A DNA stretch of 62,485 bases, counting the filler. It is 5 parts of 5 records of this genome, joined end to end, with 100 filler letters (N's around TTAATTAATTAA, not from the genome) between each part and the next. Parts side by side here need not be neighbours in the genome. Positions count along the whole stretch, not along the records: positions 1 to 22,635 come from SRR31156797_7080; 4 more parts are not named here. One strand, written 5' to 3'. The notes below the pieces were generated by a model that had not been told where the DNA came from, did not search any database, and saw nothing but the letters and a program-made list of their open reading frames with translations. Shown here in pieces: positions 9,647 through 19,164 of this stretch. The position numbers and the translations under genes are program-made. How positions within the stretch are numbered: the stretch's first letter is position 1; each line of letters opens with the position of its first letter.

Positions 9647-11686
9647 TCAGTACTCAAGAGGGGCGAAAAACCCCATCTCGTCGCGCCCGCTCTTTTTTAC
9701 GAAGTTAACTTCAACCGAGAGGGGAATATAGGCCCTTCCGAAATCCGTATAGGCCACAGAATCGTAACTGAGGGTATAAAAACCGCTCACATCCTCTCTG
9801 ACGTCTTCCAGAAGAGGCAGGATTCCCCGGGGCTGAAAGAGAAGCTGGCTGCGTCCCCCGGTCTCCCTGGCAATATAGTCCAGCTCCTCGTTCCTATGTT
9901 CCCCGTCAAGATAGACGGGATAGAAGCGGACGCCGTTGTTCTTCATGTACTGGGCCATATCCTGCAGGCTGTAGCGGATAAAGGTATCCGGCCGGATCCG
10001 GCCGTCGGTCAGAAACACCAGAGCCTTTCTGCTGCGTCCGGGCAGAAGATGGGAGGCCCCCAGGCGCAGGGCCGAGGCCACATCGCTTCCCGCCGACCAT
10101 CCGTCCATCATCCGTTCCAGGGCGTCCAGGGTGTTGTCTCCGGGCTCGGCGATGAACTGCGGAGCGTCCATGGCCCCGATCAGATAGTGCTCATCCCCTC
10201 CCTTGAGATTGCGAAGAAGGTCGCGTACGCCGTCCCTCATGGCGTCCGCCTTGTCCCGAAGGCGGTCGTCTTTGTCCACCACCACGGCCAGAGAGATGTC
10301 CTCGTTGCCCGAACCGTGATAGCTCATTTCGAAGTTCTCGATGTTCCTGTCCTTTTCCCGGATGAAGAAATTCAGCTTGTCCAGCCCCACAACGGGTTTG
10401 CCCCACCGGTCCTCCACAGTGAAGTCCACATGAACCCGGGGATACTCATCCGTAACGATCCGGCCTATCCTCAGGAAGAGCCCGGCGTAGAGGGTGGAGA
10501 TATCGGTCATAACCGACACGGAGTTGGCGTCGAAATCGGCGCTGATGATGTTTCCGTTCTCATCCTGGCAGATGCTGAGAACCCGCTTCCCCTTCCCGCC
10601 CAGATCGGAGGAGAGGGACAGGACGTCGTCCTCAAGATCGTAGACCATGATCCGGCCCGTATCGGCTATGAGCAGGGTATCATCGGAGGTGAAGAGGAGC
10701 CCTTCGGGAGCCTTCAGACCTTCGCGGATCAGGGTTTTGATGAAATTTCCGCTCTCGTCGAAGACCTCTATCCTCCCGGTTGACGAATCGGCTATGTAGA
10801 CGGCTCCGCCTCTCAGGGCGATCCCGCTGGGGCCTTTCAATCCTCTGAAACCGCCGCGGGGACGGCCGAAATTGAGGATAAATTCTCCGTCGGAGCTGAA
10901 CTTGCTGATCCGTCTGTTCCCCCACTCGGAGACGTATATGTAACCGTCATCGGATACGGCGAGGTATTGGGGGCCCAGCAGCTCGCCGTCTCCCATACCC
11001 GTCGAACCTATGGACAGCTCCCGGAAGCCTTCCTTTGTGCAGACGGAAAGCCTGTCCGCTCCGTATTCGGAGATGAGGAGCCTGCCGTCGGGAAGAAAGT
11101 CGATGTCCCAGGGCCTGTCGAAGCCCAGCAGCCCGCCTGCCATGACATGATGGATACGGCCCGTGGTGGTGATGCGGATCAGGTTGCCGTTGATATAGGA
11201 CAGGAGGTAGAAGCTGCCGTCCCTGTCGGGTGAGGCCGCCACCGAAACGGGACGGTTGTAGTAGTTGATGCCGGCCTGTTCCCGGGGGATCTCGAAGAGC
11301 TCCACAAGCCTGCCGGCCGACTTCAGCTCCCTGGCGAGGCCCCGTCTGTCGCTTATGATCTCAACAAAACTGAGGAGGGAGGAACCGGCGCGCCCCTCCT
11401 GGATGAGGTTGTCCCACTCGTTCAGAGCCGCTTCCTCGAAGCCGGACTGGTAGTAGCTCCGCCCCAGCCAGAAGCGGGTCAGATCGTTATCCGCTTCCAG
11501 GGCGAGGGATTTTTCCAGAGAGAGTATGGCCTTGTTGTAGAGCCCCTGGTGAAAAGAGACGATGCCCCAGCGAAGCTCTTCGGCAGCCCGTATGGCCACC
11601 GAATCCGAGATCTGGTGCTGCTGGGCGCCAATTGAGAAAAGGGACATCAGTAACAGACAGGATAATAATCTCTTAAAACTTATCAT
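9647..11686 (-). CDS. Exported TPR + NHL beta-propeller + vWA-like domain protein
   Basis: Signal peptide; TPR helices; NHL repeats (PWDIDF, GPQYLAV...YVSEWGNRRI, GPSGIAL...YIADS); vWA-like RKALVFLTDG and ARETGG. Confidence 0.8.
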   Translation of the reverse strand: MISFKRLLSCLLLMSLFSIGAQQHQISDSVAIRAAEELRWGIVSFHQGLYNKAILSLEKSLALEADNDLTRFWLGRSYYQSGFEEAALNEWDNLIQEGRAGSSLLSFVEIISDRRGLARELKSAGRLVELFEIPREQAGINYYNRPVSVAASPDRDGSFYLLSYINGNLIRITTTGRIHHVMAGGLLGFDRPWDIDFLPDGRLLISEYGADRLSVCTKEGFRELSIGSTGMGDGELLGPQYLAVSDDGYIYVSEWGNRRISKFSSDGEFILNFGRPRGGFRGLKGPSGIALRGGAVYIADSSTGRIEVFDESGNFIKTLIREGLKAPEGLLFTSDDTLLIADTGRIMVYDLEDDVLSLSSDLGGKGKRVLSICQDENGNIISADFDANSVSVMTDISTLYAGLFLRIGRIVTDEYPRVHVDFTVEDRWGKPVVGLDKLNFFIREKDRNIENFEMSYHGSGNEDISLAVVVDKDDRLRDKADAMRDGVRDLLRNLKGGDEHYLIGAMDAPQFIAEPGDNTLDALERMMDGWSAGSDVASALRLGASHLLPGRSRKALVFLTDGRIRPDTFIRYSLQDMAQYMKNNGVRFYPVYLDGEHRNEELDYIARETGGRSQLLFQPRGILPLLEDVREDVSGFYTLSYDSVAYTDFGRAYIPLSVEVNFVKKSGRDEMGFFAPLEY

Positions 11687-12344
11687 ACTTGTTTATCAGG
11701 TCCAGATGATCCATCAGGATCTCCTTGTCCACTCCCGCTTTCCCGGCCTTCTCCAGATACGTCCGGGCCTCATCGACCTCTCCCATTCGGAACAGCGCCC
11801 AGGCCAGAGAGTCCATATAGTTGGGGTTTTCGGGATTCTTGGAGAGAGCCCTGCGGCAGTACTCCACGGCCTTCTCCGGATTCAATCCCTCATCGGCCAT
11901 GATATATCCCATGGAGTTCAGGGTATTGGGATTCTCCGAATCCATTTCCAGAGAGCGGGAAAAGAAATCGATGCACTCGTCCACGCGCCCCTGCCGCCAC
12001 AGGGCGTAGCCCAGGGAACTGAATACCTGGCTGGACTCGAAGCCGTCGGATACGACCTTCCTGAGCTGCTGCTCCGCGGCCTTGTAGTTGGCGGTCATAT
12101 TGTAGACATAGCTGAGCACCATGCGGGACTGGTAGATGCGGATCAGAGAAATGTCATGCTCCGCCGCCTTCTCAAGATAGAAGACCGCCGCATTGTACTC
12201 CTCCAGACGGGTATAGCAGAGTCCCATAAGATAGGCCAGTTCCGGATCCTCCATGGGATCGATATCCTCGGCCATAAGGGCGTCCAGGGCCTCTTTGTAC
12301 AGCCCGCTGTTGTACAGAGCCATCCCGTCCTCGCGGTTCGTCAT
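11673..12344 (-). CDS. Tetratricopeptide repeat protein
   Basis: TPR consensus repeats (YLMGLCY, SLGYALW, LNSMGY, DSLAWAL); ATG at 12344 just after the surE stop. Confidence 0.85.
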   Translation of the reverse strand: MTNREDGMALYNSGLYKEALDALMAEDIDPMEDPELAYLMGLCYTRLEEYNAAVFYLEKAAEHDISLIRIYQSRMVLSYVYNMTANYKAAEQQLRKVVSDGFESSQVFSSLGYALWRQGRVDECIDFFSRSLEMDSENPNTLNSMGYIMADEGLNPEKAVEYCRRALSKNPENPNYMDSLAWALFRMGEVDEARTYLEKAGKAGVDKEILMDHLDLINKYDKF

Positions 12345-12348
12345 AAGA

Positions 12349-13098
12349 CTAGAGTATCCCCGCTTCTTCGGGCAGACGGCCCGAACGGGACAGGGCCGAG
12401 GGAGCCAGCTGTATGGCCGAAAGGGACACGGAGCCGGAGAGAACGGCCTTGACATCGCTGCCCTCTTCCTCCTCCTGCCGGAGCAGACTGCCCTTCATCA
12501 GACACCAGTCGGTCCCCTCTTCCCGGGGCGAGGGAACGCGGAGTATATCGTCGTGGTAGATTCTCCGGGCGGGGAAAGTCCACAGGAGGGGGGCATCCTT
12601 TATCATCCCTGCGGGGAAGTTCATATTCAGAAAACAACGCTCGTCCCAGTGGGATACCAGATTTTCCAGCCGGCTCAGAATATACTCGGAGATAAGGTTA
12701 AAATCATAGGGAGGCTCAAACTTATTGAGGGAGAGGGCGATGGAAGGCACCCCCTTGAGGGCGCCCTGCCTGGCCGCCGCGGCCGTTCCGGAATACAGAA
12801 GGTCTGTCCCCAGGTTCGGGCCGATGTTGATACCCGAAAGGATCAGATCGAACTCCACATCCAGGTAACCGCCCTCGGCATAGACGACGCAGTCCACCGG
12901 AGTCCCCGAGCAGCTGTACATCCGCTCTCCCTTTCGGCTGATCTTCACCGGGTCTTTCAGGGTGATGGAGTGGGAGTATCCGCTGCGGTCACCGTCGGGA
13001 GCCATGACCCAGACCTCATGGGGGCCGGACAGGGTTTCCACCAGACTCTGAAGGCCGGGGCTCTGAATCCCGTCATCATTGGTAATAAGTATTCTCAT
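12349..13098 (-). CDS. surE: 5'/3'-nucleotidase SurE
   Basis: MRILITNDDG, SGTPVDCV, SGINIGPNLG, YSGTAAAA. Confidence 0.96.
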   Translation of the reverse strand: MRILITNDDGIQSPGLQSLVETLSGPHEVWVMAPDGDRSGYSHSITLKDPVKISRKGERMYSCSGTPVDCVVYAEGGYLDVEFDLILSGINIGPNLGTDLLYSGTAAAARQGALKGVPSIALSLNKFEPPYDFNLISEYILSRLENLVSHWDERCFLNMNFPAGMIKDAPLLWTFPARRIYHDDILRVPSPREEGTDWCLMKGSLLRQEEEEGSDVKAVLSGSVSLSAIQLAPSALSRSGRLPEEAGIL

Positions 13099-13112
13099 GT
13101 ACTCAAACTCTT

Positions 13113-14267
13113 TTATTCTTTTTTCTGAAGGAGCTTCAAACCGTCGGAGGGACTGCAGACAAAGGTTTCAGCCTTGAAACCGAAAATCCTGTCGTACTCC
13201 TCGAGATGCTCATCGTATAATGAGATATTATTACCATTTATCAGGTTGATTGTACAGCCGCCGAAGCCGTTGCCCACCATCCGGGAACCCATGACGCCAT
13301 TGGTTTCGTAGGCCCTTTTCACCAGCCAGTCCAGCTCGGGACAGGAGATTTCCAGCATATCCCTCAGGCTCTCGTGGGAGCGGTACATCAGCTTTCCGGC
13401 CGTGGTGAGGTCTTCGGTTTTCAAGGCCTCGCCCAGCTCCTGCACCCTCTCGTTCTCTTCTATCACGTGGATCGCCATCCTGCGCAGATGCTCGGGAAGC
13501 TCCTCGAGATCGCCGCGCAGTTCCTGCGTGCCGGTGTCCCGGAGGCTGATCAGTCGCCCGTTCTTGCCCAGGGCTTCGCGGCACTCGTCAAAGCCCTTCT
13601 TGAGGTCGTCGATCTCTCCGTAGCCGCTGCCGTTGGGCACCTTGGAATCGGTGACGAGGAGGATAATGGGCTTGAAGTCCAGAGGAATGGCCTTGATGTC
13701 CATGGTCTTAGTATCGATCAGAAGGGCGTGCCCCTCCCGTCCGTACCAGGAAACGGCGCATGCCGCGAGTCCGGGGTCTTTGTTCATGAACTTGAGTTCA
13801 GCCAGCCGCGCGGATTCGACCAACTGTATATCGGAGATCTCGAAGCCGTACAGCTCCTTCAGCGCCGCCACAAGGGCCAGGGTAAGAGAGGAAGAGGAGC
13901 CGAGTCCCACCTGTTCGGGAATCTCGCTGCGGATGGTGATGTCCAAGCCCCGCACGGGACAGCCGAGCTGCATCATGACCGCCAGGGCGCCTTTCACATA
14001 GTTGGCCCAGCGGTCTTCCCTCTTGTACTTCAGCCCCGAAAGAGAAGATTTTTTCCTTTCATTGTAGTTGGCGGAGTATACGCGCAGAGAGTTATCCTCT
14101 CTGCCCGACAGGGCGACTTCAACATATTTGTCTACGGCCACAGCCAGAACGTAACCTTCAAAGTACTCCGTATGTTCCCCCATAAGACCCATTTTGGCGG
14201 GTACCTTAAGAACGACCTCAGGATCGCAACCGTATGTATTCTTATGAAGGGTATGCAAATTTTCCAT
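13113..14267 (-). CDS. galK: Galactokinase-family GHMP kinase with substituted catalytic residues
   Basis: GEHTEY, WANYVKG, GLGSSS, SHESLRD..EISCPELD, GFGGC motifs. Confidence 0.8.
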   Translation of the reverse strand: MENLHTLHKNTYGCDPEVVLKVPAKMGLMGEHTEYFEGYVLAVAVDKYVEVALSGREDNSLRVYSANYNERKKSSLSGLKYKREDRWANYVKGALAVMMQLGCPVRGLDITIRSEIPEQVGLGSSSSLTLALVAALKELYGFEISDIQLVESARLAELKFMNKDPGLAACAVSWYGREGHALLIDTKTMDIKAIPLDFKPIILLVTDSKVPNGSGYGEIDDLKKGFDECREALGKNGRLISLRDTGTQELRGDLEELPEHLRRMAIHVIEENERVQELGEALKTEDLTTAGKLMYRSHESLRDMLEISCPELDWLVKRAYETNGVMGSRMVGNGFGGCTINLINGNNISLYDEHLEEYDRIFGFKAETFVCSPSDGLKLLQKKE

Positions 14268-14427
14268 GTTCAGCCTTGAATTCCGATGTTAAAAACCCAC
14301 TTTCATAGTAAGTCATGTTCAGATAGAATTCAATAAAAAAACGGGCTGTAACAATTTAGCCCCTCCCCGCGGCGCAGGGACTTCCCCGGACGAAAAGGAG
14401 AATCGTCGCGATTCGACCCGGGCGGGG

Positions 14428-14457
14428 AAAAAAAATACCGCCCTCGGGGGCGGCATT
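14428..14457 (-). terminator. Intrinsic terminator after rho-rpmE
   Basis: Minus strand TGCCGCCC-CCGA-GGGCGGTA followed by a T run. Confidence 0.8.
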
Positions 14458-14477
14458 TCAACTCAGAACCGAATGAT

Positions 14478-14690
14478 TCAGTCCTTGGGCTTGATTCCGT
14501 ATTTCTTGTTAAATCTCTCAACGCGCCCGGCCGTATCAACCAGCTTCTGTTTACCGGTGAAAAAGGGATGGCAAGCGCTGCAGATTTCAACTTCCATGTT
14601 ACCGCCGTGGGTGGAACGGGTTTCGATAACATTACCACATGCGCACTTTACAGTGCACGCTTCATATTTAGGATGAATTCCTTCTTTCAT
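14478..14690 (-). CDS. rpmE: 50S ribosomal protein L31 (zinc-binding type)
   Basis: [32 protein letters not shown]. Confidence 0.97.
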   Translation of the reverse strand: MKEGIHPKYEACTVKCACGNVIETRSTHGGNMEVEICSACHPFFTGKQKLVDTAGRVERFNKKYGIKPKD

Positions 14691-14737
14691 AGTCTTATAT
14701 CCTCCGTCGACCCTCCGTTTCAAAGGGTCTTATCTGC

Positions 14738-16591
14738 CTAAGCCGTATTCATCGACTTCAGGAACGCCTCATTATTCTTGGTTTTGCGCATCTTGTCAAC
14801 TATCATTTCCGTCGCTTCCATATCATCCATGGGGCTCAGGACCTTCCGGAGTATCCACATCTTGTTCAGCTCCTCGCTGGTCAAGAGCAGATCCTCCTTA
14901 CGGGTGGCCGACTTTTTGATATTGATGGCCGGGAAGACCCTCTTGTCCGCCAGGCGTCTGTCCAGAACCAGCTCCATATTGCCCGTACCCTTGAACTCTT
15001 CGAAGATAACCTCATCCATACGGCTTCCGGTTTCGATCAGAGCGGTGGCGACGATGGTCAGGCTGCCGCCGTTCTCTATATTACGGGCGGCCCCGAAAAA
15101 CCTCTTGGGCCTGTGCAGGGCGTTGGAGTCCACACCGCCGGAAAGGATCTTTCCGGATGTGGGGACGGTCTGGTTGTAAGCGCGGGCCAGACGGGTGATG
15201 GAGTCCAGCAGGATAACCACGTCCTTCTTGTGCTCCACAAGGCGTCTGGCCTTCTCCAGAACCATCTCGGCGACCTGTACGTGCCGACTGGCCTGTTCGT
15301 CGAAGGTCGAGGCGATGACCTCGCCCTGAACGCTCCGCCTCATGTCCGTCACCTCTTCGGGACGCTCATCGATCAGCAGCACGATCAGCTGGACATCGGG
15401 ATGATTCTCCGTGATGGCGTTGGCGATCTTCTGCAGGATGATGGTCTTACCCGAACGGGGGGGAGACACGATCAGTCCGCGCTGTCCCATACCGATGGGG
15501 CAGAAAAGGTTGATCATTCTGGTAGAGGGATCGGAGACGCGGGTCTCCATATTCAGCCTCTCCTTGGGATAGAGGGGCGTCAGGTTTTCAAAAGAGACTC
15601 TGGTCTGGGCCACGCCGGGTTCGTCGAAGTTGACGTTCACGACCCTGAGCATGGCGAAGAAGCGCTCCCCTTCCTTGGGAGAACGGATCTGACCGTATAC
15701 GGTGTCTCCCGTCTTCAGATTGAACAGCCTGATCTGGGAGGGAGAGATATAGATGTCGTCGCTTCCGGGCAGATAGGAGTTCTGGGGGGAACGGAGGAAT
15801 CCGTAACCGTCGGGCAGGATCTCCAGGGAACCGTAGGCGAAGATAACGCCGTTGTTCTCAATATGGGCCTTGAGGATGACGAAGATCAGCTCCTGCTTTT
15901 TCAGGGTGATCAGATCGTCCCTCCCCAGCTCCATGTCCTCCGCGTACTTGCGGAGATCGGGCATGGTCATCACCGATAGATCGTTGATGGTCACCCGGGG
16001 CTGGTCGGGAGTGGGAAGGGGGGTGTTTCTCATCTGGCGGGCCAGACTGTCCCGTCTGTTCTTCCCCCCTTTCCTCTTGTTGTAGTTCTTACGCCCGCCG
16101 TTCTCGTTACTGTTATTGTTAGGGGCGGGGCGGGAGCTTTCCTCCTGCTGTTCCGCGGGAGCCGGTGCGCCGGCGGACGCGTCTCTATCACTCTCAGAGC
16201 CTTCGGCGGAAACGTCCTTATCCTTGGATTCGGGCTCCTGCGCGGAGGTCTCCGCCTTCTTGCGGCGGGTGGATTTCCGGGCGGGCTTGGGGCTCTTCTC
16301 TTCTGCCTCGGGCCTGGAGGCCTCGCCTTCGCCCTCAGACGCCTTGGGGTCGACGCTATCGGCTTCCGCTGCGTCCTCAGCGCTTTTCTTCTTAACCACC
16401 TTTCTCTTTCTTACGGTAGCCTTCTTAACTGTTATCGTTTTGCTTTCTTTCGCGGGGGCTTCTTCCCCGGCATCGTCAGAGGCTGCGGAAGGGGCTTCGG
16501 CAGCGTTTCCGAGATCCAACTCGTTCTGGGGCTCAGCAACGCTTTGCTCAGCAACCTGAGGATCGTCCAGAGTTTTCCGGATTATCGCCAT
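14738..16591 (-). CDS. rho: Transcription termination factor Rho with a long N-terminal extension
   Basis: [50 protein letters not shown]. Confidence 0.98.
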   Translation of the reverse strand: MAIIRKTLDDPQVAEQSVAEPQNELDLGNAAEAPSAASDDAGEEAPAKESKTITVKKATVRKRKVVKKKSAEDAAEADSVDPKASEGEGEASRPEAEEKSPKPARKSTRRKKAETSAQEPESKDKDVSAEGSESDRDASAGAPAPAEQQEESSRPAPNNNSNENGGRKNYNKRKGGKNRRDSLARQMRNTPLPTPDQPRVTINDLSVMTMPDLRKYAEDMELGRDDLITLKKQELIFVILKAHIENNGVIFAYGSLEILPDGYGFLRSPQNSYLPGSDDIYISPSQIRLFNLKTGDTVYGQIRSPKEGERFFAMLRVVNVNFDEPGVAQTRVSFENLTPLYPKERLNMETRVSDPSTRMINLFCPIGMGQRGLIVSPPRSGKTIILQKIANAITENHPDVQLIVLLIDERPEEVTDMRRSVQGEVIASTFDEQASRHVQVAEMVLEKARRLVEHKKDVVILLDSITRLARAYNQTVPTSGKILSGGVDSNALHRPKRFFGAARNIENGGSLTIVATALIETGSRMDEVIFEEFKGTGNMELVLDRRLADKRVFPAINIKKSATRKEDLLLTSEELNKMWILRKVLSPMDDMEATEMIVDKMRKTKNNEAFLKSMNTA

Positions 16592-16729
16592 ACATTCTCC
16601 AATAAAAATTAATGTTGATTATGTTTATGTCAATGTCTTCAATACTATATGGATGAAAATGAAGATTCAGACTTGCAAAAGGAAACTTACCCTGCCGGGT
16701 AAGGGATTAAATACAGTTTCAATATATTA

Positions 16730-17230
16730 TCAGCTTATATTACTGTCAAGGGAAGATCGGTTTAAAATAATCTTTTCACAAAGCAGAAGCGCCTCTTCTA
16801 CGGTTTTCCTGCGGACTTCCGCTCTGTTTCCCGAAAAAAGAAACCGTTCCGCCCGGCAGCCGTTTACTGTTCCCGCCGCAATCCAGACGGTACCCACAGG
16901 CTTTTCGGGACTCCCTCCTCCGGGACCGGCCACACCGGAGACGGCCACGGCGATACCCGCGCCGCTCTTCTCAAGCGCTCCGCCGACCATGGCCCGGACG
17001 ACCTCTTCCGATACGGCCCCTTTCTCCTCGATCAGCCGGGAAGGCACGCCCAGAACATCCTGCTTGGCTTGGTTGGCATAGGTGACGAATGCTCCCCACA
17101 CCACATCGGAACTCCCGGCGAACTCGGTAAGCTTTCCGGCGATAAGCCCTCCGGTACAGGATTCGGCGCTCACGAAACTCAGGCCATTCTTCCTGCAGAG
17201 CGCCAGAAACGATTCGGCGTCAAAGCTCAT
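16730..17230 (-). CDS. pncC: CinA C-terminal domain / NMN amidohydrolase (PncC)
   Basis: AESCTGGLI, GSS, GAVSEE, SGVAGPGGG...KPVGTVWI. Confidence 0.9.
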   Translation of the reverse strand: MSFDAESFLALCRKNGLSFVSAESCTGGLIAGKLTEFAGSSDVVWGAFVTYANQAKQDVLGVPSRLIEEKGAVSEEVVRAMVGGALEKSGAGIAVAVSGVAGPGGGSPEKPVGTVWIAAGTVNGCRAERFLFSGNRAEVRRKTVEEALLLCEKIILNRSSLDSNIS

Positions 17231-17627
17231 TCAGATCCTGCTTCAGCTGCGCCACAGGCGCGGAAAAGACATCCACCGACTCAGTGTCGCTGATCATGTC
17301 GCACTTCCCTTCGAAACGGACGCCGTCGGCTATCTTGAGCTTGGCCGTCCGGATATTGCCGACCACCTGTCCGGTAGAGAGCATCTCCAGCTTTTCAGTG
17401 GCTTCGATATCACCGTAAACGACGCCTCCGACCACAATGGAGCCGACCTGAATATCCGCACGAACCTCGGCGCCCTCTTCAATATAGAGGAAACCCTCGG
17501 ATTCGATACGCCCCTCGTACTTGCCGTCGATTTTCAGGGGCTTGCTGAAACGCATGGTCCCCTTGAAAACTGTCTCATTTCCCAGAATCGTGGAAATGGA
17601 CTCAATATCTTTCAGTGATGGTGTCAT
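17220..17627 (-). CDS. Bactofilin (polymer-forming cytoskeletal protein)
   Basis: Beta-helix repeats TILG..TVFKG, LKIDG.YEG, VVGNI, ADGVRFEGKC. Confidence 0.9.
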   Translation of the reverse strand: MTPSLKDIESISTILGNETVFKGTMRFSKPLKIDGKYEGRIESEGFLYIEEGAEVRADIQVGSIVVGGVVYGDIEATEKLEMLSTGQVVGNIRTAKLKIADGVRFEGKCDMISDTESVDVFSAPVAQLKQDLNEL

Positions 17628-17634
17628 ATTTTCC

Positions 17635-17856
17635 CTATTTCGTAGTCATGGTAAACACGCCGTCCCACTCGGGAGGCGGAGGATTGTCCAGATACATCTT
17701 GCACCTGGCATAGTACACCTTGGACGGACCGTCCTCCTGATCCAGCTTCAGGGCATCGGCGAATTTGGCCATGGCGTCGGCAAAACTTCGTTTCTTGTAA
17801 AGCTCCCGTCCCTCTGCAAAAAGATCAAGCACCTGTTTTTTGGTATCGGAGATCAT
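17635..17856 (-). CDS. Small TPR-like protein resembling the C-terminal tail of class III adenylate cyclases
   Basis: 73 aa; GGAGGG RBS; DGPSKVYYARC...PPPPEWDGVF motif. Confidence 0.75.
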   Translation of the reverse strand: MISDTKKQVLDLFAEGRELYKKRSFADAMAKFADALKLDQEDGPSKVYYARCKMYLDNPPPPEWDGVFTMTTK

Positions 17857-18028
17857 ATATCCCTCCAGCAGTGTATATGCTAACCCTATTTTCCACCTTC
17901 TTCAGGGTGTTTGTCAATCTCAGGGATGTCCCGGCAGCGGCTGTTACAGGCATCGGGCCCAGAGAGGCGGAGGATGTCCATGCGGAGGGCTCAGGAGATT
18001 TCCGGCCGGCGGCGCATCCGGTCGGAAT

Positions 18029-18056
18029 AAAAAAAACGCCTCCCCAAAGGGAGGCG
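18029..18056 (-). terminator. Intrinsic terminator after rpsT-hup
   Basis: Minus strand CGCCTCCC-TTTG-GGGAGGCG followed by 8 T. Confidence 0.85.
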
Positions 18057-18131
18057 GCATAGCCGTCAGCATAACACCGGGGCCTTTACAATAGAGGAAG
18101 TTATACTCCGTTTCAGAGCTTCGGGAGAACG

Positions 18132-18434
18132 CTAGTTACGCAGCGGCCAGGCCAGCTTCTTCAGTTCCTTACCGGGTCTGAAAACCGTTACCCCGTGGCT
18201 TTCCACAGGAACGATCTCTCCCGTCTTGGGATTCCTGGCCTTTTCCCGACCTTTCCGGGTCCGGATCTCAAAGGTTCCGAATCCCCTCAGCTCGACAACT
18301 CTGTCATCTTCCAGAGCGTCTTTTACTTCTTCAAAAAAAGAATCAATCACATTATGAATATCTTTTCTACTGATAGAAGAGTTTTCATAAATATGCTCAA
18401 TTATCTCAGCTTTGGTTAGCTTTGCTTCTGACAT
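18132..18434 (-). CDS. hup: HU/IHF family DNA-binding protein (Hbb-like)
   Basis: LTKAEI, VELRGFGTF, ARNPKTGE, FRPGKELK; downstream of rpsT. Confidence 0.93.
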   Translation of the reverse strand: MSEAKLTKAEIIEHIYENSSISRKDIHNVIDSFFEEVKDALEDDRVVELRGFGTFEIRTRKGREKARNPKTGEIVPVESHGVTVFRPGKELKKLAWPLRN

Positions 18435-18470
18435 ATCTCTTCTCTAAAAATTTAGGATTTGATCTCTTAC

Positions 18471-18734
18471 TTAAGCCATTGCGGCAAGAACTTTGTTCAG
18501 TCTGGACTTCTTTCTTGCAGCCATATTCTTGTGATACAATCCCTTACCGGCAGCGGTATCAATCAGCTTCACAAACTGAGCGTAAGCTGCTTCAGCCTTG
18601 GCCTTGTCCTTAGCGGCAACGGCGGCTTCGAAGGATTTGATACTGGTTCTGACAGTACTTCTGATCATACGATTGTGTGTTCTTGCCCGGAGACTCTGAC
18701 GATGTCTCTTGGCTGCGTCAAGTGAATTAGGCAC
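18471..18734 (-). CDS. rpsT: 30S ribosomal protein S20
   Basis: GTG start with GGAGG RBS; AAKRHRQS...N, IDTAAGKGLYHKNMAARKKSRL. Confidence 0.96.
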   Translation of the reverse strand: MPNSLDAAKRHRQSLRARTHNRMIRSTVRTSIKSFEAAVAAKDKAKAEAAYAQFVKLIDTAAGKGLYHKNMAARKKSRLNKVLAAMA

Positions 18735-18837
18735 TTTAAACGACCTCCTGTGGTTAATAATAATGGGATTGACAGAAAAACCTTTCGCGCCCCCGGCCTG
18801 TCCGGAAAACACTCACTCCGTCAATCTAAGAAAAAAA

Positions 18838-19017
18838 TTACTGTAAATCGAAATCGCTGGGTCTTCTTTCCTGGCGTTTGCACTTTTCACACTCGGCGAC
18901 GTGCTTCATACGTCCGTTCTTGAAGATAGACTTCATTTTGATTTCACCGCCGTCCTCGGCATGGACAAACTTGTGTGTACCGGAACCGATACGGGCGTTC
19001 TTACTGACTCCTGCCAT
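18838..19017 (-). CDS. 59-aa basic protein, candidate spirochaetal ribosomal protein bL38 (absent from the ORF track)
   Basis: Hand translation MAGVSKNARIGSGTHKFVHAEDGGEIKMKSIFKNGRMKHVAECEKCKRQERRPSDFDLQ*; AGGAG RBS; upstream of rpsT on the same strand. Confidence 0.75.
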   Translation of the reverse strand: MAGVSKNARIGSGTHKFVHAEDGGEIKMKSIFKNGRMKHVAECEKCKRQERRPSDFDLQ

Positions 19018-19164
19018 ATCTAAACTCCTATTACAGATTCATACCCCCGAAAGGGGGCGTTCATGTTACAAAGCAAGAGCGTTTCACCGCAGCCTGCCCT
19101 GTCCATTAACTCATTAGCAGATGGATAGTAACAGAGAACTTGAGACACTGTCAACAAGCTAAGC

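Noticed and set aside
14340-14427. GC-rich intergenic stems here and at 17930-18025 and 22330-22420 as ncRNAs
   Set aside because: Short stems are expected in GC-rich DNA; no tRNA, SRP, tmRNA or riboswitch signature recognised.
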